Shown: positions 38,401-49,435 of the stretch, one piece after another | How the letters are laid out: every line of letters begins with the position of its first letter | Numbering within the stretch: the stretch's first letter is position 1 | From: Paraspadella gotoi | Taxonomy: Eukaryota; Animalia; Chaetognatha | DNA: 64,000 nt | Direction: 5' to 3' | Assembly: GCA_051294375.1 (NCBI GenBank) | Contig: CM119265.1 | Span: 12,764,124-12,828,123 of the forward strand | Notes under the pieces: generated by a model | The model's database searches: none | The model's input: the letters and a program-made list of their open reading frames with translations, nothing else | Told to the model about the DNA's origin: nothing | Translations under genes and position numbers: made by a program

Positions 38401-39142
38401 GGCGCCGATAATCTCCACAACATCGCCACCCTCCATCAGGTTTCTCAACCACGTGGAGAGGTGACGACCATTCCGACTTCCCTCTTTTTGCAATTCCCAG
38501 TGACACCATTTTTTCAAGCTCGCGTTTTGCAACGGCTAGCTTCTCTGCATCAAGGCGACGGGCCCTCGCCTGGCAAGGTCGGCCCTCTGTCGGAATCGAG
38601 TGTGTTACTCCATGTCGTGGTTCTTTCACTTCGAATGTGGGAGTTGAGAGGGAGGGGAAGGAATCGAGAAGTTTATAAAACTTTTCCCCTTGTCGATCTA
38701 CGAAATTCACATGAGATGTTGTTTCTGATGCTGTTGATGCTGCAATTGTCGAGTAATCTCGAAGGTCTATCAACAGTCCATCTCGATGGTTGGGGGCAAG
38801 AAAGTTTTCTGCTAGGAAATCTGCTCCAAGTAAATGCTGCTTAACGTCGGCGACGACAAATTCATATTGAAATTTCCGATTACCCAATTGCACAATTCTC
38901 TCGGTTGTTCCATAACATCCAATTGGCGAGCCGTTGGCTGCCTGGAGCTTGATGTTTGGATCTGGGCCACCTTGGCGCTGTTCTTTTGTCGGCGGCACTA
39001 TCGAGAGGAGTGCTCCTCCATCCACTAACCATTTGGTTCGATCCTTTGCATCGCGAATGTAGAGGAGATGATTGAGCGTTGGTGAGTGATTTGACGCCTG
39101 GGGGACGGCGTTCACTGGCGTCGCCCCCCCTTGGCGTTTCCC
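35408..39142 (-). CDS. pol: Pol polyprotein (aspartic protease, reverse transcriptase, RNase H, integrase), probably expressed as a Gag-Pol fusion by -1 frameshift
   Basis: Uninterrupted ORF of more than 1200 aa: WLVDGGA (PR); DYRRLN, KIDLLKGYHQI, PFGLKNA, YLDD (RT); TDASD, DHQSL, ADALSR (RH); H-x3-H...C-x2-C, LDLV/TDRGSQF/VERFHR and GPY (IN). Confidence 0.97.
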   Translation of the reverse strand, partial: GKRQGGATPVNAVPQASNHSPTLNHLLYIRDAKDRTKWLVDGGALLSIVPPTKEQRQGGPDPNIKLQAANGSPIGCYGTTERIVQLGNRKFQYEFVVADVKQHLLGADFLAENFLAPNHRDGLLIDLRDYSTIAASTASETTSHVNFVDRQGEKFYKLLDSFPSLSTPTFEVKEPRHGVTHSIPTEGRPCQARARRLDAEKLAVAKRELEKMVSLGIAKRGKSEWSSPLHVVEKPDGGWRCCGDYRRLNAQTVEDKYPVKLLSDFNAQLEGKTIFSKIDLLKGYHQIPVNPDDVKKTAVITPFGLYVFPRCPFGLKNAGQDFQRLMDEILGDIPHTFVYLDDILVASTSPEEHLHDLENVFKALDANGLVVNTKKCLLGQESLEFLGFLVDKNGIRPLPKRVQTLQETMRPTTIKELQRFLGMINYYRRFIPRVAHRCAPLYEALSGKPKHLDWSEDCERAFEAIKEGLIQAALLHHPRTGAQLCITTDASDQAVGAVLEQRGPKGWEPLAFFSAKLAKNQKLWPPFDKELFGAFKAVRHFRHWVEGRTFTLYTDHQSLVTAIRKKAEPQTIRQSYQLSVIAEFTTDVRYLKGKANVVADALSRPNATPAPTTSSTTPATSAVKNSTTSLTNQSATSSAMTPTTTSAAASTTASATQQTTPQPPERATTPTATLTSQEGTKSKGKEIKEDRLEDAKATIASLTSFEINFEQMAREQVLDPDYQRIAQEARSGLTFRKIKTGDQDLLVDISNGPARPFVPASWRRKIFDIIHGLGHPGVEATRKAVAAKFVWTSMRQDVTKWARDCLDCQRAKITRHTVPEIGEFKVPPRRFQHLNLDLVKMPKSNGFSHLLTIVDRFSRWPTAIPIHDTLTPTILDALSLQWISIFGIPAVITTDRGSQFTSTLWGQLMKQWGIKHQTTTAYHPQSNGLVERFHRRLKESLMTLAREESERWFWKLPLTLLAIRTTIKEDVGASAADLVFGEGVSVPGSMLGDAQLDGAALNQQRRNQLSKLRLEVARLQPTPTSAHQQPSVHLPRNLDSAQYVFIRRAGVQPPLIPPYEGPYRVIHRNGLNMTVERSSTGRDTVNIARVKPAWVSDDDLDVEDPEPRPERAPGRPRTRNPAPTTRITRSMTRSANQRAAPPPPPPSPPLPQQPHRLPNRPSTSLRFLSPPSHSPSPPRAAFSITKEQENDNNNNKFEKETIEPTCEKVTIPTAENFSNRPTYAIVLREMLKRQQAENDNNNNY
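39085..39142 (-). promoter_or_regulatory. -1 ribosomal frameshift signal: G GGA AAC heptamer plus GC-rich hairpin
   Basis: Heptamer at 39142-39136 in X XXY YYZ phase with gag; the -1 frame runs into pol without a stop; stem GGGGGGCG/CGTCCCCC begins 6 nt downstream. Confidence 0.85.
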
Positions 39143-40191
39143 TCCTTCTTCCGTTGACTTTCCTCATACTTGGCGCATCCCTGCTCGCATGACCATGCGT
39201 CATCTCCAAATTTTATATGCTTCTGGCATAGTGTAGTGAGTTTTGGCTTCACTTTTCCCTTTTGACCGTGACCTTGCTTTTTCTTGTTGTTGAAGCTTTG
39301 TCTGGGCTTGGCGCTGATGGCGTTGACGCCCTCCTCGACCTCCAAATCAGATTCTTGATGCTCGCAGGGCCTTGATTCAACGCTGCTGATCGTAGCTGAG
39401 GATTGACGAATCTTCATGTTCCCTTCGCTGTCGAAGTGACGATCGGCCAATTCGCATAGCGCGCCGGCTGACAACTCGTCCGCCTTCTCTTCGAGTTGGC
39501 GACGTACTGGAGTCGGTAACTCGCGGAGGATTTTCTCCTTGCGAAGGTCGTCCATCGTCAGCGTCTTTGTCTTCTCTTCGAGCTGCGCCAGCATTTTTGA
39601 AGGCTTCAATCCGTCGACGTCGATGGCGTCGAGCATGTTGGCGGCTTGCTGGCGCCGGGTCAACCCATATTCTTTGCAAAGATAGCTGAGAAAGAGTGAC
39701 CATGTTGCCTCGTTCGCTTCTCCATACAAAAACTGGTTGATTTTAGGATCAACTTTCACCCCAATCTTTGATTCGAGGTGAGCGAATTTAGTCTTGGGAG
39801 CTGTGATGCCTGCGCGAGTGTAAGCTGACTCCACTCGCTTTATCCAAATCTCTATGTTCGACGTGTCGAAATCTGGCAATTCTGGCCTCTTATTGGAGGC
39901 CCGTTCGAGGGCGCGAGTTGCGGCGGCGAGGGCGGCTCGAAGCTCGGTATTCTCATCTTGGAGATTCCGTAGAGCGCCGCCGGTGGCCATGACGGCGTCG
40001 GAGAAGTTTTCCTCGTCGCTTCGCGGAAAATTGAAAGTTGGGGCGGCGTCGGCGAAGGCCGGCGACGTTGAGCGAGCTCTAATGCCGCGTCCGAAGCCTC
40101 CAGGAGCTTGGAGACTCGTTGGGGCGTCTCGTTGGTCGTCGGCGTTACGCTGGGCCGAGCGGAGACGTGAGCGGACGTCGGAGTCGCTCAT
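39112..40191 (-). CDS. gag: Gag polyprotein
   Basis: First ATG at 40191 (MSDSD); LPDFDTSNIEIWIKRVE...GIT..KTKF capsid N-terminal motif; CQKHIKFGDDAWSCEQGC = Cx2Hx9Cx3C, the CsRN1-clade CHCC motif. Confidence 0.92.
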   Translation of the reverse strand: MSDSDVRSRLRSAQRNADDQRDAPTSLQAPGGFGRGIRARSTSPAFADAAPTFNFPRSDEENFSDAVMATGGALRNLQDENTELRAALAAATRALERASNKRPELPDFDTSNIEIWIKRVESAYTRAGITAPKTKFAHLESKIGVKVDPKINQFLYGEANEATWSLFLSYLCKEYGLTRRQQAANMLDAIDVDGLKPSKMLAQLEEKTKTLTMDDLRKEKILRELPTPVRRQLEEKADELSAGALCELADRHFDSEGNMKIRQSSATISSVESRPCEHQESDLEVEEGVNAISAKPRQSFNNKKKQGHGQKGKVKPKLTTLCQKHIKFGDDAWSCEQGCAKYEESQRKKEGNAKGGRRQ

Positions 40192-40374
40192 TGATTCGCG
40201 TGAGGGCCTCGTCGACGTTCTTTGACTCCAGTGGTTGACGGGGACGTGAATAAAAGTTGAAAAGGGGCGTGAGCAATTGGGTGACAAGCTTTAACCCCTA
40301 ATTCTTCACCCAATCTTACCTCAGGAGGTGTTGGGTTCCACGTTGTCCCCTCTTGAAGGTTGGCTTGGCTCTGA

Positions 40375-40387
40375 GTCGAGCTCACCA
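40375..40387 (-). other. Primer binding site TGGTGAGCTCGAC (tRNA-Trp-like)
   Basis: Lies 2 nt inside the 5' LTR, starts TGG, 11/13 match to the usual Trp PBS TGGTGACCCCGAC. Confidence 0.75.
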
Positions 40388-40389
40388 AG

Positions 40390-40884
40390 TGTGGCTGGGC
40401 CCCGAGTAGTGCCACAGCGCGACGAGGGACCCTTGACAACTGTAATGCCACAGTTCTAAGATGATAGCACCCAGGGTATGACACTGTAGGATTGTCTCGC
40501 AGGGAAGGTGAGGCATTAGACTTTGAATTGATTGTTGTAATTTACTTATCAGTTTGTAATGTATTTACTACATTTGAAGTTGAATAAAAACAGGAGTAAT
40601 AAATTGGTAAAAACATGTAATCTTCATCAAGATTCAAGACAGACTGAAAACCTTCAGTTAACAATCAATAAAGAAAGAAATCAAAATAACAAAAAAGAAT
40701 AATATCAAAGAGACATCTTGTGTTGAGGATATTTATTGATTTGGAAACAAAAGTCTTCTTCTTTTTGTTAAAGTTATTTGATGACATTTAAAGTTGATAT
40801 TTTCATGGCCGCCAGGTTGGCCAGGACTGACAGTCCCGATGTTTCGAGGAACGAGTCCGGGTTCATCCCTGGATGGGGCCCGCA
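40390..40884 (-). repeat. 5' LTR
   Basis: Near-identical to 34741-35230; followed on the minus strand by the PBS. Confidence 0.95.
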
Positions 40885-42560
40885 AATGTAACTCGAGGCG
40901 AAAGTTGAAAAAATAAAAGAAAAGAAATCAAAGATAAAAGAAAAGAGAAGAGGAAACGTTAAATATTAAAGGCAAGAAACTTTTGTCGCGGAGGAAAAGA
41001 AGATTTTCAAAGATATAATATCTATCATAATCATAATATTAATAATACGATATCAATATTTTGATATACCAATTCTAAATACCGTTCTTGTTTGTTTTCT
41101 CTTCTAACCAATAATGTTATGTCAAGTCACGTACCAAACCCTTTATTGAGACCTTTAGAAAATTTCCTCGCTCTTTCTTTCAGCCAAAACAATGAAAATC
41201 TAGCACCATTAACTAAGCGTGAAACAGAGCAAGTTATTTCAGTACGAATGAGGCCAAACAATGTTTTTAATACATGATAAAGTCCCATTTTCATTTCTAA
41301 GAAAATGAAAACCTGTTCCACGATAGATTTTAAGATTGTACACCGAGAGAAGAAGACGCCGCCAGCTAAGACCGAGACGCAGTCGGGGCTGAAGACGCCA
41401 GACGCCGACCGCCCCTCACAGATGGCGTTCATGTGATGAAATAAACCAGCGCTAACCGGAAATGAGGTTTTTTTTTGCCGATGGAAGTTGATGGAATTCG
41501 TGAGGAGACGCGATTCCATCATTTATTCGTCGTCAAGGCAACGAACAGATTTCCGAAGCTTCCTTTTTTTTTTGAAGTAACATCTGCGTCCATGAGAGAA
41601 TCAGTAAGTTTCTTGTTTTTAGTTTTAGGATGAAAGTTGATGGAAGGTTTTTGAAATTTTTAAAGACGTCTTCGATCGAAATTCAAACCTTAATTTTTGC
41701 ATTTTAATCGTCGTGTTTGAGTTAGTTTGTTAAATTTCTTTGCTTTGAATCGTGTTTTATTATTATCATTTTTCCCTAGTTCTATGAAAATCCAGGAAAT
41801 ATAATTCGAATATTCTCTTGTGACTAAAAACCTCGAATGAAAATAAAAAAAAAGGGAGGAGAAAATAATGGGAAGATTATGAGCGAAAAAAAAAAGTTGA
41901 TTGTGAGACCGTCAGGTTTGTAGGAGGTAATGAGTTGAAAACAGAACTTTTCAGAGCGAATGAAAGAAAGTAATCAACTCGACAGATGAGAATCTCCACC
42001 GCCTTTTGTTTTTTCCCCTTTTTTTTATCTTTTCTAATTTTTTTTTCTTTATTATTACTTTATACGTGAGTCGATTTCAAAATCGAGTAGAAAAAAAATC
42101 AACGAAAATCTTTTTTTTCTTCTACATTTTTTTTCCTCTTTTTCTTGGATTTTGAGCGGAAAATATTTTTTTCTTCCTTCTTCGATTCAAATCCCGAAAT
42201 GAAGGGCGATAACTCGGTGACGACCTTGAAATTAATGGAATGATTTCGAATTCAATTTTGAATAAAGTTAAAGCAGAAAAAAAAAAGAAATTCAGGCTCT
42301 TAACCGAAGCGAGAGAAAAAAAAAACGTTGAGGTGCTGAGAGAGAAACGCGGCGACATGAAAGTTCCATTTCAAATCCCGCCCGGCGCAAGATAACGAGA
42401 CTTCAACGACGCCGTGTTGCAGAATCGACGCCGAATAAACCGGCACTATTTTTTTTTTAAATTAATTAAAAGCATTCGGGATTATTTAAAAACTAGGGAA
42501 ATTAAATTAAAATAAACAAGCGACACGGTTTGTTTTGTTTTTTTCTAATTTAAACAAAAT

Positions 42561-42711
42561 AGTTTTAGATGAGAAAAAAGAATTTCTTTAATCAACAACG
42601 ATGGTTTATTAATATTCGGATATGTTTCGACTTTGCAGTACAAGTCTTCATCAACGCTGAAGATAAACTATTGTTGTTGATTAAAGAAATTCTTTTTTCT
42701 CATCTAAAACT
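42561..42711. repeat. 49-bp near-perfect inverted repeat with 53-nt spacer
   Basis: 42561-42609 versus reverse complement of 42663-42711 differ at 2 positions. Confidence 0.9.
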
Positions 42712-42931
42712 TAAACGCAACGAAAAGAAAGAATAAATACAATAACAAAATAGTTTGAATGAATGAAAAAAATATTTCTATTACGATTGTCGTTTTTCTA
42801 TTCTAGTATGTGTTGTAAGTGAAAATTTAATTCAATTGATAATTTTTTTAGAAAATAAAAGATTTACTCCGAAGAATTCTCTCGGTCTTGACTTTGGGCC
42901 TCGGGTGGGTTGCGATATAAATCTTAACCAC

Positions 42932-43063
<132 letters not shown>

Positions 43064-43589
43064 TAGAGTGAGAGTTAGGGAAAACTGGACAGACCAAGTG
43101 GGCGGGATCTCCGTTGGCGTGGGCTTCTGGCAGGAACCAACTGAGGGATTTTATGAAGGCGAAGTTAAGAAAAAAAAGGGAGGAAAAAGGAAAAAAGAGG
43201 GGAAAATGTGGAGGGAAAGAAAGGAAGTGAAGAATGGTTGAAAAGGAGGGACAGGTGGTATAAGATTAAAAAAAAAAGGAGAGAATGAGAAAGAAAAAGA
43301 AAAAAAGAAAAAAAAGCAATGGGATGAATAAAAAAAAAGATAAAGAATAAAAGTGAATTAAAAGGTTAAAGGAAAGAATCATTAGCGAAGGATGTTGTGA
43401 CAATTGAAAATTAAAAAAGGAAGTAGTTGGCTGACGAAATCCAATTGGCTCATGGAATAAAAATTTTATTCACACAAAAGCGTCGGCATCTCGTGTTTTG
43501 GTGATCGACTTAGTGATTGAAGTAAGTGGTTGACTGCAGATTAAGAAAATGAATGAAACGATCAAATGAGGAAGTGAACAAATGACTAA

Positions 43590-43730
43590 TATGGTCAATT
43601 GACGAATTGATTAATGAACGAAATGGCTAACTGTTGAAATGGTCAACTGATGAAGTGGTCAACCGACGAAAATGGTCAGCTGACGAAAATGGAGACTCGA
43701 AATGAAACGCTGATGAAATGGAGGAATGAT
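43590..43730. repeat. Degenerate ~16-17-bp tandem repeat (GAAATGGTCAACTGAC-like)
   Basis: atggtcaattgacgaa, gaaatggtcaactgat, gaagtggtcaaccgac, gaaaatggtcagctgac. Confidence 0.65.
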
Positions 43731-45452
43731 GAAAAAGGGTCGACTTTGTCCGTCGCGGGCGGAGATGGCAAAGGTGAGATGAATGAAGGACGATAATCGA
43801 GAAGATTAAGAGGAAATTATGCGAGCGTAAGGATGAGGAGGGTGAGGAGGAGGAGGAGGAGGAGGAGGAAGTGTGGGAGTAGAGAGGAAATAGGAGAGAG
43901 AATATACGGTCATCAGGTAATTGTGGGGGGGGGAATAGTTGGGATTAGGAAGAGCAACAGAGATCGTGAGAGTGAGAGACAGATAAAAAGACTTGTGGCG
44001 GTATATTCACGCAGCCTCACGTCCACCATCGTTCAGCCAAATCCATTGGCTCAGAGGGGAAACGCACCATCCCAGGCAGGGTGTTCCATCCACTGTCCTC
44101 CGATTACTCTCTACGTTGGCAAAACGAGGCCGTCCTAGGGCAACCGCGCCAGTGACTAGAGGCGTCACTGAAGGTCGGAAGCCCCCAAAACCGTCGTTGA
44201 GATGCCCCATACTAATCGTCATCACAGGCAACCCGGCTGTAACCATAAAATATGTAATTTTATCTTCACAGTCGAGAATTAATAGCCTCGATCTTTAGAT
44301 GTTTTTTCGTCGTCGTGAATTAAATCGCCTTTGAGTTTGACTTTTCCGAAATCCAAACCAACTTTGTTTTTGTCTTTGACGCCTTCGCCATGAGAAAAGG
44401 GTTCGAAAAGCGCGAAAAATTCTTCAAGGCAGCGGCGGCGGCTGCCAAGACCGCGGAGGCGGCCCCTGCGGCAGTGATGGCGGCGGCGGCGGCGTCTGCC
44501 GGATCGCGAAGAGCCTCCGTCCCTCCATGGCCATATACGGTCATATCGAGTAATGGGATCTCATAAAGAGTTTGCCCTTACTGATTGGAAAACGGAGCCT
44601 GCGGAAAAGCCCCGAGTTTTGGAGGGGGGCGGAGGCGGTATGACGGTGCTGCGCCGGGGTGGCGAGTCGCGGCGGCCGGCGCAGCGGCGGGGGCAGCGGC
44701 GGCGGCGGCGGAAATTGCCGTCGATGCGTCGAGAGATGAGTTAAGACGGCGTCGAGAGACGAAAAAGCGAGGAAAGTCAGAAGCCATACAGGGGCAGAGC
44801 TTTGGAGTTGCTGGGTTGGTAAAAACCATTGGAGGGGGGTAGCCAATGTGGGAGAAGATATTGGTCTAGAGTGCTAGCGTGAAAATCTTGCCCAGGGGAG
44901 GAATTGTTAAAAAAAACTCACTCGAAGAAGTGAGAATCTGAGACGAAAAAAGAAATAATCTGCTTTTCGCAGTATTGAGTTTTATATAAACATACAAAAC
45001 ATGAATTCAAATGGTATTTAAATATTCTGTTAAGGAGAGAGAGAAGAGAGAGAGGTGAAATAGAATTTGAAGTCACGACGAAAACGATGATAACGAATAA
45101 ACGGAACTGAATGTCGATTCGAAAGTCATAGAAAATGACGAATTGGGAGAAAAATATGTCAAAAACAGAGAAAACGACTTGACGACGAAACCGTCAAAAT
45201 TTTGACGTCGGTAAATGAGGTCGTCGTCGTCGTCGGCGGCGTCGGCAGGGGCGCTGCCGCAGACGAGAAGGTCAGTTTTTAACGACCTCTCGCGACAGGC
45301 GCGTCCTGCCGTCTCAAAGACTCGCCCGTCTTCAAAAAAAAAAAAAAAAGAAAGAGAGAGAAAAAGATGAAAATAACGGAAAAGAAATATCTGCAAGACG
45401 CTGCTCGCAGAATGGATAGAAACTCTATAAAAAGAAATCATGCGCGAGAGAG

Positions 45453-45534
<82 letters not shown>

Positions 45535-46850
45535 GAGAGAGAGAGAAATAGGTTCTTTTTTTTCGGGGAACGAGTAAAAAAAAAACGATAACTAGAATTC
45601 CCGACCCCATAAGCACGTGTCAAATGAGCGGCTCTTTCTTTCTTTCCCTTTCTTTCTTTTTTTCCCCTCCGCGTTTCCTCGCGAAGCTGTTCTTTCTTTT
45701 CTTTTATACTTCCCCATCTTTTCTTTTCTTTTCTTTTTTTTCTTTTTTCCCCCGATTTATCGTCTGCTCTTCCTTCGGCCCAGCATTCTTCGCAAACAAA
45801 CAGTAGTTTTCGGGAGTTGACTCTGGAGAAAAAGGGCGCGGAGCAATGAAGAGGAGGAAGGAAGGAAAAAAGGATTTTGGGAGACGAGAAAATGGATGGG
45901 AGAGCATGAAAAAGAATGGGAGCGCGTGAAATAGTAATGGAGCGAGTGAAAAAGAATGAGAGGAAATGTGAAAGGTGTAGAAGTGCTTGAAAAAAAAGGA
46001 GTGGATGCTTTTCAAAATCATGGTAGCGAAATAAAAAAAGAGAGTAAAAACTGGAAGCAATAGTTGAAGAATAAAGAACATTTTAGAACTAGCACAATTA
46101 GCGTTTAGAAGACTAGGAGCCCTGTAAAAATTAGAAGGAGCTCTAAATCAAGTAGAAGTCGGAACGCTTATAAGATCAAGAACAGTAAAAAGAGTCCGGG
46201 CGGACAACTCAGGATGAACACGTTCGAAACTCGACGAGAATCCCGTATGACCGAGAGACAATGCGCGCGCAACGCTGATGACTCTCGGGAAGGTGCCGCG
46301 CCGGCCAGGGAGTGCAAAGCGAGGGACCCGCGAGTGTGTTTTGACGACGCGGGACGGAAGGAACCTGGAATCCGAAGACGCGGCGCCGGCGGACTCTTAA
46401 AGTCTTCCCCTCCGGTGGCTTCCACACCCCCCCCCCTCGGCCCCGACGAAGAAACCGGGGGAAATCCCTTTCTAACGAGTTTAACCCCTGCCAATCGACC
46501 CGGGAAATTCCCTCTCGTCTAACAATCCCCTATTTCCTTACGACCCTTCTCCGTCGCTCCCTCCCCCTTCTCTTTGGAACGGAAACCCGCCCCTGTCGTT
46601 CGTATAACCGAAGGAGAAAATGCGCTGGGTCTCTCTCCTCTCGGGACCCATAATTCGCTCATGTCTACCTTGAAGGACACGGCTAACTACGTGTCCACAT
46701 CCGGGGCGGTCAGTCGAAAGAGGGGGGGAGCGTGGCTCGAGCGGGAAGATGGAGGGGTGCAGGAAGAAGATGGATTTACTCGGGAAGGGATGGAGAGAGA
46801 AAATTGGGAAAAAAGTTAGGGCCAGAAAAAGAAAAGAGATAAAGAGACAA

Positions 46851-46911
<61 letters not shown>

Positions 46912-47799
46912 AAGAGAGAGAGAGCCATCGCCGGACACTGGGAGAGAGACATAGAGAGAGAAAAGGGTTGAGAGATCGCAAAGAGACATAAAGTGAGAGA
47001 GCCCTCCGAAAGGTCACGTGACCTCCTAAGGTGTGGTTCCCGATAATGAATTCAAATGGCCGCCGCGCGTGACTTCGGGAGAGAGACTCATATCGAACGA
47101 AACTCCTTAAACCAATCAAGAACCCCCTGTCCTCCGGGCTCGAAGGTGCGGGGGGATAGGATTTGAGGGGGGCTGCGATTTTAGCCTTAGATTTGGGGGA
47201 TTTAAGGGGGTAGAGATTTGAGAGTCCAAGGGGTGGGGAATATTGTGAAGGATAATGTTTTGTGATTTCGACTTTGAGGGGAATATGGGTGAGAGGATGC
47301 GATTTGGAGATTTTAGAATCTAGACGTGTGCTAAGAGTGAATGCTTGGGGTTTGCTTTGGCCGTTTAAGATTCTTTCGTTTTCCCGCTCAGCGATGATCC
47401 GATTCTGTTCCAGGATTAAAATTGAACCGAATGAATGGAAAACAAAAAAAAACATAAGTTAAAAAAACGGGTAAAAAATGCTTCACCGCATCATTGCTGA
47501 AAGAATTAGTAAAACAGCATAAGATGAATACAAAACAGAGCGAGGACAGATTACAGGGCTTTAGTACGAGAATAAAAACGGTATAAGGCTCAACCAAGTT
47601 TAGAAAATAGAAAGCTATATTTATGTAATATTAGAGAGAAAGGCTTATAAAAACAAAAGAGCGCAGAAGATGGCGCAACATTGTAATGAGAAAAAGATGG
47701 AATCGGGGAAAAAAAAGGGTTTGCTCCGCCTCGCCGCTCATTGGCGCCGAGGGAGTAGGAAGATAACGTCGTGATCCTGAGATTTAGGGGAGGAGAGAG

Positions 47800-47865
<66 letters not shown>

Positions 47866-48034
47866 GGACTCTCGTTACGGGAGGGGCCTGGGCTTCAGCG
47901 TGGAAAGGCTCGAACCGAAGAAATAACAGCAACGAGAGCAGTTTGGAGAAGTTTGAGGAGTTAATGGAGAAAGATAAGTGGATAAAGATGGGGAGATCGA
48001 GAGAGAGGGAGATCGAGAGAGAGAGGGAGATCGA

Positions 48035-48151
<117 letters not shown>

Positions 48152-48257
48152 AGGCGAGAGAAATGAGGTTTGAATATAAACAAAGTCGTGCTCAAACAAA
48201 GAGAGACAGTAACGAGCGGAAAGGAAGCAGGGAGAACTGTAAAAAGAGTAAAAATCG

Positions 48258-48349
<92 letters not shown>

Positions 48350-49435
48350 CCCGAAGAAAAGGGCGTAAAATTCGCTCTCCATCTGAAAAATCGTTTTTCT
48401 TTTTAAGTTTCTTCGAAACCGAAGTTCGTTTAAAACCGAGTTTTTCTTTCTCCTCCTTCGACCGAAATGAGTTTTTCGGTTCGACGACCGAGACGACGAC
48501 GACGACGACGACATAGACGACGACGACGATCCGCCTACTTTCCGGAATAATCGAGGGAGAAAAAAAAACCCTGTAATGCCCCATTTTCCTCAAGCTCGAA
48601 AAGTTGAACTTTCCAGCGTCCATCAACGTTCAAATTGCCGGGCGTTTCTAATTTTCCAGTTTTCCCGCCCGCAGAGATTGCAAGCTCCAGAAAAAAGTAG
48701 GAAATTTCGCGACGTCGGACGAGATGTCTCACTCTTTTAAACTTAATTTCGTTTATTTATTTTAACCGAATTTTAAATTCATTTAATTCAATAATTATCA
48801 AATTTCGTTGGTATCTTATTTATTATTTAGTAACAGCAATCCATGAATACAAATTCATTCTCTTTTACATACATCTATATTACTCGAGCTTGCTTCTAGA
48901 TATTTTCAGCCAACAAACCATACACTTCAGCCAACGCATCCTCCCACTTTGAAGCCAAGTCGTTTTGCCTTTAGCTTTCCTTGTATTTTCCCTTCTGCCT
49001 TCCCTCTCTCTCCAATTAAATCTTTAACCTAAAACCAATAACCAAATAATTTGTTTTCGCAAAAAATACTAATTACGTTCTTTTCTCACAATATTTTTTT
49101 AAATTCCTCTCTTTACCCCTCTTCGTATATCCTCTCTAACTTGTATCCTCTCTCAATCCCTTCATCCCCCATTCCAATCCCCTCTACCTCTCCTCCTTCC
49201 CCTCTTCCCCTTTCCCCTCTTCCCCCTTCCCCTCTCCCTTTCCCTCCCCGGGAACCCAGAGGTCGTAAATGAAATGGATTTAAGGCTCACGGATGAGGGA
49301 GTCGCGCTGGACACAACATGGCGAGAAGCGAGGGCCTGGGCCGCTGACCACTGAGAACTGGGCACTGGGCACTGGGCACATTTCGCACTTGGCAGGGGTA
49401 GAGGGGATCTGGAAAAGTGAGGGGGTTGCAGAAAT

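Larger units (their letters stand above)
34741..40884 (-). mobile_element. Full-length Ty3/Gypsy LTR retrotransposon, CsRN1/Kabuki-type
   Basis: Two ~490-bp LTRs with TG...CA ends, PBS, PPT, gag with Cx2Hx9Cx3C, pol in order PR-RT-RH-IN, probable 4-bp TSD AATG (34736-34739 / 40885-40888; one extra G at 34740). Confidence 0.97.

Noticed and set aside
44320-44846. Poly-Ala ORFs on both strands
   Set aside because: Explained by (GGC)n tracts; short and without recognisable domains
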